Below are positions 48,575-59,763 of a stretch of DNA of 64,000 nt, in pieces. A program made the position numbers and the translations under genes. Where the stretch lies: positions 27,840,001-27,904,000 of the forward strand of contig NC_087437.1 of the NCBI RefSeq assembly GCF_036321535.1, in the 5' to 3' direction. This stretch comes from Camelus dromedarius (lineage: Eukaryota). Each line of letters starts with the position of its first letter. The first letter of the stretch is position 1. The notes under the pieces are model-generated. The model was not told the DNA's origin and did not search any database. It saw only the letters and a program-made list of their open reading frames with translations.

Positions 48575-48835
48575 CATGAGCTGTCAGTCACGTGAGCTGC
48601 TCCACCTCATGTGTTACACGGGAAGAGCAAAGGGCTTTACTTATTTAATGATGACTAACACTTCTCCAGAGAAGAGTTCTAGGAAGGCAGCTAATGGAAC
48701 AATAAAATTAGTCACACAAGGCACAGTATTTTTGGACATGTTAATAAAATTCACTGCTTTCACTGCCAAAATTTCCTCTGCTATACAGGGACATGGCAGC
48801 TGCCTTTTTGGAATCTGATCTGACAATGACAGTAC
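48575..48835. promoter_or_regulatory. Candidate enhancer (E-box/M-box, SOX, AP-1-like, STAT and MEIS motifs)
   Basis: TCACGTGA 48588-48595, TCATGTG 48607-48613, TGACTAA 48652-48658, TTCTAGGAA 48677-48685, AACAAT 48698-48703, TTAGTCA 48708-48714, in DNA with no recognisable repeat. Confidence 0.35.
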
Positions 48836-51379
48836 TCTCTGCTTCCTCATGTCTTCCTTACTACTTTTCAGCAACAGGATTATACTTCAAAAACTACTTA
48901 GAAATCAACTAATCATTTTACCACAAGCATGAGACTTTGCAGGGCCCAAACCGCCTATCAGAGTAAACTGAAGGGCGCAGTGTGGTGACAGATTCCGGCA
49001 AACTTAATGTTTCCTGTCATTTACCTAAGTCCTATCTCTTCCCAACTCATATTTTTGATTTATTCCTCCCTCCTAATGCAATTTCCAAACTAAAGTCAGA
49101 ATATTGCCTTTAGGATCCCCTTCACCAAGGAATCTTGGAGGATTTTGGTTACTTCCTTGGCTGACAAACCATCCTTATTTGCCCAGCACTGAGGGGTTTC
49201 TCAGGGTCTGGATTCTCAGTGCTGAAACCTGGATAGACCTGGGGAAATCAGAATGTCTTGGCCCCTATATATGTCTTGTTCCTCACTGTTACCTGAAACT
49301 CACTTATATCAGAAAAAATACTCTTATAGCCTTAAAAAGCAGCCCCCTCCAGGGGTTTAACACAAGTTACCCTGTTCTCCAAGCAGTTAATTCTAAAACT
49401 AAATCTTTTTATGCTTTTTGTAAAAACCAGCTCCTGGTTACTAGTTTGATGTATGGTAGCAAACACCCTTTCATCAAATATTTCACTTCCTTTATGCTGG
49501 GGTACAGCTCCCCACTTAGGAGACTGGTGTTCTCACAACAAAAGTTGCATGCTCTTTGTATGTCCTCTTACCTCCACTCCACTCCACCGTGCCTTCTTTC
49601 TACCCATCTCCTCAGCTGAGAGGCCTTCTAGAAAGAACAAAAATGGTGGGTCAACATGGTTTCTCTTTCATGGTTTCTGCTTTGTGTCCTGTAATATCAA
49701 CCTGTGACCGTCCAGTCCCCATGGCCTAATCATGCCTTTACCACTTATTTTCCTATGACAGAATTACTGGATACGTCCTATGAGGCCATGATACTCATTT
49801 TGAGAGAGAACTGTATCTTGCACCAAGTCTGATGTAGCACATATTTTCTTTCATTATCCTTCAAAATTTAGCAGATGTCTCCCAAATCATACACTGAAAA
49901 CATGGCCGTTTCCTTGACTTATTGAAGATGATGTTTCCTTCTCTATTTTTCATTGTTTTGACCTACTCAGTGGGCCTCAAAGAGAGGAGTGGAGAAAAAC
50001 ACCTTTATTTGCTGTCTTCACTAGAAGAAAAAAATTTACTGATTACATTTTTCTATTTCTCCATAAATAGTATTTTCTTTCTCTTTTCTTGGGCACATAC
50101 GGTATACTGAGAACCCACACAGACATAGGGTTCTTGAGGACTCTGCTGGGGCTCTCATCTCAACCTGACAACCTGGAGATGGGCTAAGCACAGATTCAGT
50201 CTGGTTGTTTTCATTACTTTTTTTCCATTCTGTCACTTCCCTTTGCCCCATGTCAAAGAAAAAAGGTATCAAATTTATCAAAATATAAATGACACTTGGA
50301 AATTCTTTACACATTGGTGGAGAAAGCCTTTTGCAAAACTCCTAGTGGTCCTGCATTAGACATTTTTTTTTCCATCTCTTTTTAGAAGACAGGTTAAAAA
50401 CCTAAGCTTTCCCTGACCCTAATGAAAACATTTTGTGGAAAATCAATAAAATGTTTCTGTACTTAAAAAACATAAGAAATGGCATTCTCTGAAAGACCCG
50501 AAATTTATGTTTAAAGAAGAGTGTATTAATATATACTTATTTCTTTGGTTTCTAAATAATTGTAAAAAAGAAATGTTTCTTTCTATGTAATTGAATACAT
50601 GTCTGGAATTTAATGAAGCTGTTATAATTAAAAATCCACATGTTCCCCTTGTAAATCTGACATTTAACAGTTCTATGTACTAGGTTTCTAAATGTCAAAC
50701 ATTACTACACATTTATTACTACATGATGTAGTAGTGTAACTCTTTCAAAGATTGACCTCTGCTCTGTAAATAAGACCTAAATCCCTAGTTCAAGCTGTGT
50801 TGGAACTGAAGTATTTTTTAATTGACTGGTATGGCCCTGGGCAAAAGCAAGGGAAGAAAACTGTGAAACTACTCTAACTCTGAGACCTCAAACTTTGCAA
50901 GTCTAATGACATTAAAAATAAAAGGAAAATAGTATTTTTTCCTCAAAATTACTTATCTTCTAAATGAATCTTTTTGTGTTATGTTCAATGTTAGTAAACT
51001 CTTTTTTAGTGTCTACTGTGTTCCAGGTCCTGGGAATAAAAAGGAAACTCCTTCTTTGAAGGAGCCTACATTCGTTATTACCCGTGTGATGATGGCCACT
51101 GTGCTTTGGGGTTTTTGGAATACTCTTCAATTCAGTTGTCCCATAAATTCAAACATATTTTGGAAACCATGGTTACTAGATCTATGCTAGAAATACGGCT
51201 TTTCATCTGGAAAATGACTCTGACTTATTACTTGAGACTTAAAGATTCCACCCCTTGCTCCCCCCATATTATTACACGCGTATTTGATTTGATTACATTT
51301 TATGCATTTCTTTCCTTTGTCTTTCTTCTTCTTTTTCATTTTCCAGAACCTTTAAACAAAGCTGACCATTCTAAACACA

Positions 51380-52700
51380 CAATGACATTGAAGAGGGTGG
51401 CAGGGTACCAAATCTCTGAGTTTTCCTCCCACCTTTCTGGTCTTTCTTCCTTAGTCACCTTTTCTGAATCCTCCTTTTCTAATTGACCTCAGAACATCAA
51501 CTTTCCATAGGACTTGAATTCTCCTTTAATGACATGCTCTCCTTAAACTGTGTCATCCATTTTCATGGCTATAAATACCATTTATTGACTGACTGCACCA
51601 CAGATTTCTCTGTCTCAAGATCTTTTCTCTGAGCTCAGTTTAGGAACTACCCAAATTTAAATCCTGGGCTCTGCCCCTCATCAGCTGTATTGACTTGGGC
51701 ACATTTCTTAACCTCTATACACTTCAATTTTTTCATGTGAAAAGTGTGTTTAAAAATAGCATAAAACTCGTAAGTTTGTTATGAGGATTAAATGAGTTAA
51801 TACATAAAAATGAGCTTAATAATAATATAAAATGCCAGGGGTTGTTATGTGGCCTGAATTACTTATGTCTTAGATTGGACTGCTGTAACACACTATCATA
51901 GAATGAGTACCTTAAACAACAAAATTTATTTCTTATAGTATTGGTATGTCTTCTGGAGGTTGTAAAGTCCAAAATCAAGGTGACGGTAAATCCACTGTCT
52001 CATGAGGTACCCCTTACTGGTTTACAGATGCTGTCGTCTTCCTGTATCGTCCAGATCAGTAAGGGAAGTTAAGCTCTTGTGTCTGTTGTCAGGTTACTAA
52101 TTCCATTTGTGATAACTCCATCCTCATGGTCTAACTCTCAAAGGCTTTGCCTTTGTTAATACCATTTATTCAGGATTAGGACTTCAGCATATGAATTTTG
52201 GGGAGACATAAACATTCAGTCCATAACAGTATATAAAGCTCTTAGATCTGGAGTGCAGTCGAGTCATCAGTAACCACTGGCTATTATACCCAAATACCTA
52301 CCCTACTTCTCTGCCAAGTTATATCAAAGCATCTTAAACTCCTGTTGTCCCTCTACCCTTTTGTGTCTTATTTTTCCCATATCAGGAAAGCATTAACTTT
52401 CACGTAGTTATCAAGCCAGAAGTCAAGAATTATATTGTCCTTCATGCTTGCCTCTGGTATTCTAGATGTCACTGAATTCTCTTAGTCTCAAAAATTTTTT
52501 TTAATTCACTCACTTTTCTTCATTTTAACTCTCAATTCTCTGACCAAGTACTTGTTTGTTGTTCTCTGGACTTTTGTAGAGGACTTCTAACTGCCCTGAC
52601 CACCTCCTCTTCTACCTCCCACCCCTGCCCTTTTTGAACCATTGTCCATACTGCACATACCAGTACATATTATCATTGCTCTGCATGAAATTCTCCTTTG
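51380..52700 (+). mobile_element. L2 fragments with a nested MIR (about 51645-51810) and MLT1A LTR
   Basis: tgagttttcctcccacctttctggtc...catccattttcatggctataaataccattta; MIR tcctgggctctgcccctcatcagctg...gttatgaggattaaatgagttaatac. Confidence 0.7.
51866..52228 (-). mobile_element. MaLR solo LTR (MLT1A-like)
   Basis: tgtcttag...gctgtaacacactatcataga...aagtccaaaatcaaggtg...catatgaattttggggagacataaacattcagtccataaca. Confidence 0.9.
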
Positions 52701-53249
52701 AACTGAGAAATGGACATCTGCACCTAGGGAAGAGGAAGCTGAAGCAGGGCTAGTAACTAAAGGGGGGGTTGGGGGTGGTGAGGAGGGGAATGTCCCCCTA
52801 GGTGTGCTGAACTAATCTGTAGATGTGGGTGGAGTAGGAGTAGCCAGTGGGAAACTGCGCTGGGGCTGGGTCAAAGGGACTGTGATGAGAAATCCAAAGC
52901 AGATGGTGGGATAAAGTACTGCTTGTGTCCTTAGTGGATGTAGATGAGAATAAAGCTATCTTTGGAGGGAGTAAACAGGCTGATTTAGGGATCCCAGAGA
53001 TGCCTGCTTAAAGCAATCAAGAAGCCAGGCGCAATGGAAGTCATTTCAACCAGGAGAGCAGAAAGGCGGCCAGCCAATAATAGAGCCAGTCAGGCACAGT
53101 AGCTGAGAGTGTGTAATTTAAGACTACTGTTTTAACAAGCCAATTTGGCATTTCCTGGGAAGCTCTACCTTGGGTGTTGTCCCTCCTTTTTTTTTTAAAG
53201 GGGCTGTGTCTGAAAAAGAAACTGTTAAACCCTCAGGCAGGAGTAGGGC

Positions 53250-54930
53250 GTTGATTTTTAGAGTTCTGATTCATTTTTTTAAGTTGAATAAATGTTATAA
53301 AAATAAAAATTCAAAACCATATACAATGAACAGTAAACCTTCCTCCCACTCTTCCTCTGTAGCCACCTAATCCTCCTCCCAAGAGGAAATCACTAGTACC
53401 AGTTTTGTGTATATTTTGGAGATAAGCCATTTCACAAACTAACTATATATGCCATGTGAAAATACATTAGGAGAATAAACACAATGCTTGATGCCTTGAT
53501 TTTTCACTGTAACAGTCTACATAGATACATCTTATTCTTGTAATCAGAGGCTGATTATTCCATTGCATAGATGTGCACCACAATTTATTTAGCTAGACTC
53601 TTAGTAATAGACATTAAGGTTGTTTTCAACCTTCTGATCTTATAAACAATACTAAAATGAATAACTTCTGCATATGTTAGTTCCCAATACAAATCAGGTT
53701 GTATTTATAAAAGTGGCTTTTCTGGGTCAAAGGATATGCACATTTTTTATTTGAGTTGCCACTGTTAAATCACCCTTCTCAGTGGCTGTTTGAATTCATA
53801 CACCCACTAGTAATGGATGAAAACGTCTTTTTCCACACCTTAGCAAGTAATTTTTGTTTTTTGAAAATAGTACTTTGTGATCTTTGCTAGCTTGACAAGA
53901 GGAAAATATCTGTAGCTGCATGTGATTAAGAGCTATTTGAGGTTTTATTTTGTTAATTTATTTGCCTATTGTTCATGGCTTTTGCTGAGATTCCAGTTGG
54001 GTGTTTAACACTTTATTACTCATTTGTAGCAGTTCATTATCTATTAATGAAGTTAGAGCATTGTCTATGATATGTGTTGTAGATTTGTTTCCCAATTTTA
54101 TTTCACCTTCTGTAGATTATTTTTCTTGGCCCTGATCATTTTTTTTTTGGTAGTTGAATTTATCAATCCTTTAATCTTGCTTCTGAGTTTTGGGTTAACA
54201 CCTAGAAAGAAAATTTTTACTCCAAGTTTATTTTAAATGTTCCTTCCATATTTTCATCTTGTAGGTTTAAATTTTTTATTGTTGATGACAGCATTTACTG
54301 AATAAACTATTTTCTTCATTGATTTGAAACGCCACTTTTATTATATACCAAATCTCTTTATATGTTTCATCTATTATTATATTTCCTTTTCCCATTATCA
54401 GTTTTCATTATCATATCTAATTATATGCTTTTCATTCTGGGTTTATAACATTTATGTACTGGCTTAATTATTATAGTTTTTGTAATATGTTTGACTTTTA
54501 AAAAACTGATGATCCCTCAGTACTATTCTCTTTCAGAATTTCCCTAGTGATTTTTCTTTGTTTTCTATATGAACTTTAGAATAAGCTTGTTTCGTTTTAA
54601 AACAGACTGCTGGATGTTTTCATGGTGCTGAATCTTTCTTCCTGAGGACCTGTACTTTCCATTTGCCTCTTTCTTCCCTTGTGTCCCGCAGAATTTTAAA
54701 ATTTCTTTCAGAGAGACCTTGAAGGCCTCTATTTAATTTTATTCCTATATGTTCTATATTTTTATAGATAATTTCATTTGGGACTAATTTATAACAGTGT
54801 ATCTTCTTTACAGGTTGTTTTTATACGTGGGTTTAAAAATTTCTGTGCATTAATTTTATATTCACTTACTTTGCTGAATTGTCTTACAAGTTATCCTTTT
54901 TTCATTTGGTTCTCTTTGGATTTTTAGTAG
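53250..54930 (-). mobile_element. Ancient L1 (L1ME-like) 3' region
   Basis: Reverse L1 motifs (tattccattgcatagatgtgcaccacaattta, tctgggtcaaaggatatgcacatttt, tgaatttatcaatc, tatatgaactttagaataagcttg). Confidence 0.75.
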
Positions 54931-55110
54931 CAATGGGTTTTTAATTAGGATGTATATATGAATCCCCTGTGGTTTTCTTTTTTCTTTTTAAAAATACATA
55001 CAAATTCTTGTTTCCTATCTTTGGAGATTCAGTAATCCTGGGATGGGTTCTGAACATCAGCATTTTATATAGTTTTCTAGGTAATTCTCAGTCCTGCGCA
55101 GGACAAGGAC
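54930..55110. mobile_element. MER5-like hAT MITE
   Basis: cagtaatcctgggatgggttctgaacatcagcattttatatagttttctaggtaattct. Confidence 0.5.
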
Positions 55111-55124
55111 TATTTTTTTAAACT

Positions 55125-55385
55125 ATTTTTTAAATTGAAGTAAAGCTAACTTATGGTATTATCTAGTTTCAGATGTACAGTATAGTAATTTAACATTGTT
55201 ACAGATGACACTTTATACAAAGTTATTATAAAATACTGACCATATTCCCTGTGCTGTACATTACATCCTTACAATTTATTTTATAACTGGTAGTTTTTAT
55301 CTCTTAATCTCCTTCACCTATTTTGGCCCCCAACCCCTCTCGCCTTTGTTAACCAACAGTTTGTTCTCTGTATCTATGAGTCTGT
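55125..55385 (-). mobile_element. L1 3' end fragment (artiodactyl/L1MA type)
   Basis: ttttaaattgaagta...tagtttcagatgtacagtatagtaatt...tattccctgtgctgtacattacatcc...tttgttctctgtatctatgagtctgt. Confidence 0.9.
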
Positions 55386-57289
55386 AAGATGTGTTATTTT
55401 AAACTAAGAAAGATGACCTAAAAATACTAAATCCCAGCTGGTTGATATTAGGGATAGCTGCAAAATAGAGAATCTACGGTTCTCTGAACATTGAATGTGT
55501 GCACAAAATTCTGAATTACAATCACAACAGTTCTTTCTTTCCTTCTTTCTTTCTTAATTCCTTGCTTCCTTCCTTCCTCCCTCTGGTAAAAGGGAAAGAC
55601 TGATATTGTAACCTGGAAGTATGTATATAAATGAAGGCTAGGGCACATATATCTGTTAACTTTCTCTTCCTCAGAGTTTGTTTTTCATTAATACATTGGT
55701 TTTATGTTCTGAGAATTTGTTTTCACTTTTTTATAATAATGATTATGGTGTAGTTTTTTAATTGACAAGCAAATTTTCTGTGAAAAGGAAAAGGAAATCC
55801 AGGTTACTCAACTGGCTTTGGTATAGGTTCTGCTGTAATAGAACATCTTTTTAAAAAATTCTCTTTACACAAAATTTTTTTGATCAACTGCACAATTCCC
55901 CATTCAAGGAATAAATGTTCTGGTATCTGTACCTATTTTCCCTAAAGTCCTGAAAAATTATTACTCTTACTTTCAAGGGGAGAGACTGACAAGTACATTT
56001 GCAATTCTATATAAGATGCTATAAAAAGAGTAACTTCAGGGCACTCAGGATTTTTAACTCAGGCCAGAAGTCAGGAATATATTCTTGAATCCTTAGTAAC
56101 ATGTCTCAAAGAACAAACTACTGAAAACAGGAAGGCAAAACTAAGAGAGACCCACAGAAAATAAACATACATGTATTTTGCATTCCTGGGATAGTCCTGT
56201 TGTACTGTCTCGAAATGTTAATGATTTTTATTTTCCTTGAGATATATTATCCTTTCACAGTGATGTTTTGGAAAATATTATTTGCATATGGGAGATGAGC
56301 AATTTTGTCAAAGTGAAGCAGGTCTTTTGTGTTTTGGGTTGAGTGACTTTTTCTTGGATATTGAGGGAGGTTAGACCAAAGAGGGCTGAAGTTAATCTGG
56401 GTTTTTTCAAGCATGCCTTATTTACAAAGATACAGGAAAACTGTTTCCAGACTCTCTTGAGTGTTTTTTTATCTCTGTCTTTTGATTTCCAGTCTCAGAA
56501 GCTTCTTTTTCAGTCTTCTGTGTAAAGAGTGAGATTGGTGCACACAGCTTAGGTGTTTTAGGTTCTTAAAGCACTTTAGTGTCATTTGAAAAGTCCTAGA
56601 GAGCCTCTATGTCAGGCCCCTAAATGTACTGATACAACCTTGGAATACTTTGCTGAGTAACGTAACATTCATACTGCCTTTCTCTAAAACCACCCAGTCC
56701 TGGGTTACTTTGTCGTTATCCTCAAAGTATCGTTTTAAGAAACAAATGAAAGTCAACTCTTTTTCTAATTATTAAGGATCAGAGTCGTATGTCATCCTTA
56801 GAAGGAGGGGCAGGAAAGTAGAGACCAAGAAAGAAAAAAAGAAAGCTCAGCAGGATGCTAACCACTTTAGCTTGAAATTTCTAACTAAAGCCAAACTAAA
56901 TCAACTTGGATTTAGTGTTCTGAGCCCTGAAAATGGTATTAAAAAAAAAAAAAAAAAGTGGGATCAAGCCCTGAAAATTACACATAGGAAGGGGATAAGT
57001 AGGAAATTCACTTCATAAAACAGCCCCGAGAAAGCCATTTTCAAGTAAATTTTGAAGAATCAAATTGACTTCTTATGTGTGCTTCTCTTCTTTCTTAATT
57101 TTTCTTTCATTTTTTTCTTAGAGTATTAATACTCCATAATCATCCATTTGAAAAAACATGGTATATATGTAAAAGTTAAATGGATGAAAATCAATTTAAA
57201 ACAGAAAATGTATGTAAACACAATTAAAATTAGTGAATTCCAGAGTTGAGTAATTATTTTTGACTTCTTAATAAATGTTTTCTTCTTCT

Positions 57290-57490
57290 TCTTGGTCAAA
57301 TTGTATTATGAAAATTTCCAAACATAGATGATTAAAAATAACACAATGAACACCTATACCCATTATTAAATTCAACAAAGATTATTTTGCTTTCTCTATC
57401 TTTATTATATATTTTTAACTTTTTATTTTGAAATATTCATAGGAAATTGCAAAGATAGTACAGAGACATCTAGTGTACCCTTCCCCTTGT
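57290..57490 (-). mobile_element. Old L1 3'-end fragments (L1MC/ME-like)
   Basis: ttatgaaaatttccaaacata...acaatgaacacctataccc; ttttattttgaaat...cataggaaattgcaaagatagtacagaga...gtgtacccttcccc. Confidence 0.65.
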
Positions 57491-57594
57491 AGAAACTATT
57501 ATTTTTAAAATCCTATTTGCCTTTAATTAATTTGAAAGGGCAAAATTTTTCTCACAAGTAATTGAGTCTTTTAGTGAAAAAAAATGCATTTCTT

Positions 57595-59763
57595 TTTTTC
57601 CCCAACTTTACTGAGATATAATTGACATACAACATTGTGTAAGTTTAAGGTGTACAATGTGATGACTTGACACACCTACATACTGTGATTACCACAATAA
57701 TCTTAGTTAACACATCCATAACCTTCCATAATTACCTTCTTGTGTGTGTATGTGTGTGTGATAAAGACATTTAAGATCTATTCTCTTAGCAACTTTCAAG
57801 TATATAATACTTTTCTCCCTCTTTTTTAGTTTAGCTAAATGTCTGTCAATTTTATTCACCTTCTAAAAAAATCAGCTTAGTTTTGTTGATATTTTGTTAT
57901 TTTTCTAGTCTCCATTTCATTTATTTATGCTCTGATCTTTGTTATTTTCCTTCTCTTTAATTAGTAGGTTTTCCTGTTTTTTGAAGTCTTTCTTTTTTCT
58001 TAATGAAGATGATTATCACTATAGACTTCCCTCTTAGAACCGTTTTTTTCCCTGCTTCCCATAAGTTTTGGTATGCTATTTTCATTTGTTTCAAGATATT
58101 TTTTAATTTCCCTTTGAGTTCTTTGATACATTGGTTGATCAACAGTATGTTGTTTAATTTCTACATATTTGAGAATTTTTACAGTGTTCTTCCTTATTAA
58201 TTTTCTGTCTGGATAATCTGTCTGTTGCTAGAAGTCAGGTATTGAAGTCCCCTACTATTACTGTCTGTTTCTCCCTTCAGATCTGTTACTATTTGCTTAA
58301 TATATTTAGGTGTTCCAATGTTGGGTGCATATATATTTTGAATTGTTATATTCTCATTATAAATTGACCCCTTTATCATTATATAATGACCTTTTTTGTC
58401 TCTTGTTACAATTTTTGACTTAAAATCTATTTTGTCTGATATAAGACTGGCTACCCCTGTTTTCTTTGGTTTCTATTTGCATGAAATACTATTTTTCATT
58501 CTCCCACTTTGAAACTGTGTGTCCTTAAAACAGAAATGAGTCTATTACAAGCAGAATATAGTTGTGTCTTATTTTTTTAATCCATTTAGCCACTCTGTAC
58601 CTTTTGATTAGACAGTTTAACCCATTTACTTACTAATGGCATTTTATTAATTATTTTTGACTGTTAGTAGTCACCTTGTTTCTTCTTCTCTTGCTGTCTT
58701 TTGTAACTTCATGATTTTCTGTAACAGTATGCTTTGATTCTCTAACCTTTATCTTTTGAGTATCTGCTGCAGGTTTTTGCTTTTTGGTTACCGTGAGGCT
58801 TACATAAAACATCTTATAGATAAAACAGTCTATTGTAGGTTGATAGCAACTTATTTTTGATCTCATATAAAAATTTTACTTTTTTACTTCCCTATTAAAG
58901 ATTCTGAGGCTTTCTCAGATCTTTTACATGAATATGTCCACTTTATATTTCTTGTGCCTTCTTGAGGAGGAATTCTCAAAATTGTATGCCTTCTCTGGGT
59001 CCTGCAAAGCCAGGCCAGGTGCTCATAGTCTCTTGCTTGCTTTCCCTAGGCTGGTGCTAAATGCTCACGTTTGTGTATTCTTCCCTAAACCTGCAGAGGT
59101 GAGCCTCTTTCTGAACACATTCACTAGCTGTCTGCAAAGGCTTGCTCTTACTGCTGTTAGGAGCACACAGAGGAAGCTGGCCATGGGGTGTGTGGAGGGG
59201 TGAAGTACATGGAGTGTTGGAGAAGCCCATGGGCCAGATGGGGTGATGTGCAGGTGAGGCAACCCCAGAGGCTCATGGGTGGACTTCCTGTTGGAGTCTG
59301 CAAAGCAGTTAGTAGGATCTGCATTTCTTTGATATGTTTCATTCGTAGCCCAAGCTGCTATTCTCCCAGCAGCTCACTGACCCCTAGTTGTGCAGTTCAT
59401 GACTCAGTATTGTGGGTGGGGCAAGAAAGAAATGGCAATGATCAACACAGCTGGGGAAATTAGGTGCTTATTCACATGTTCTCAGTTTCCGCTGTGGCAG
59501 AAATCATGGGCTGAGAAGGTCTCTCTTGGCATTGAGTTGTGTCACCCTGGGGGAAGTGACACAGGTAAGGTAAAACTGTTCCTCTTACCCTCTTCAATGT
59601 GTCCAACCTTAGACTTTTTTGTTCCATTGATATGCTGGATCTTCTCTGCTAAACTTTGAAAACCCACAAAGGCTCTCTCATTTGTGGATGAGTGTCAAAA
59701 ATCTATTTTCCTTGGGGAGGAAGATAGTAGAAAATTCCTATATAGCCATTTTGATGATGCCAC
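57595..59763 (-). mobile_element. Internally deleted L1 (L1MA/MB-like) with 3'UTR, ORF2 endonuclease region and 5' end
   Basis: 3'UTR at 57595-57810. ORFs 57957-58142 (AYQNLWEAGKKTVLRGK) and 58197-58379 ([28 protein letters not shown]) match the L1 ORF2 N-terminus. At about 59737-59763 the minus strand reads GTGGCATCATCAAAATGGCTATATAGG, like an L1M 5' terminus. Confidence 0.85.

Noticed and set aside
49104..49619. Longest ORF (171 aa) as a protein-coding gene
   Set aside because: TTG start, no recognisable domain, non-coding-like composition. One frame this long is plausible by chance over six frames of 64 kb.
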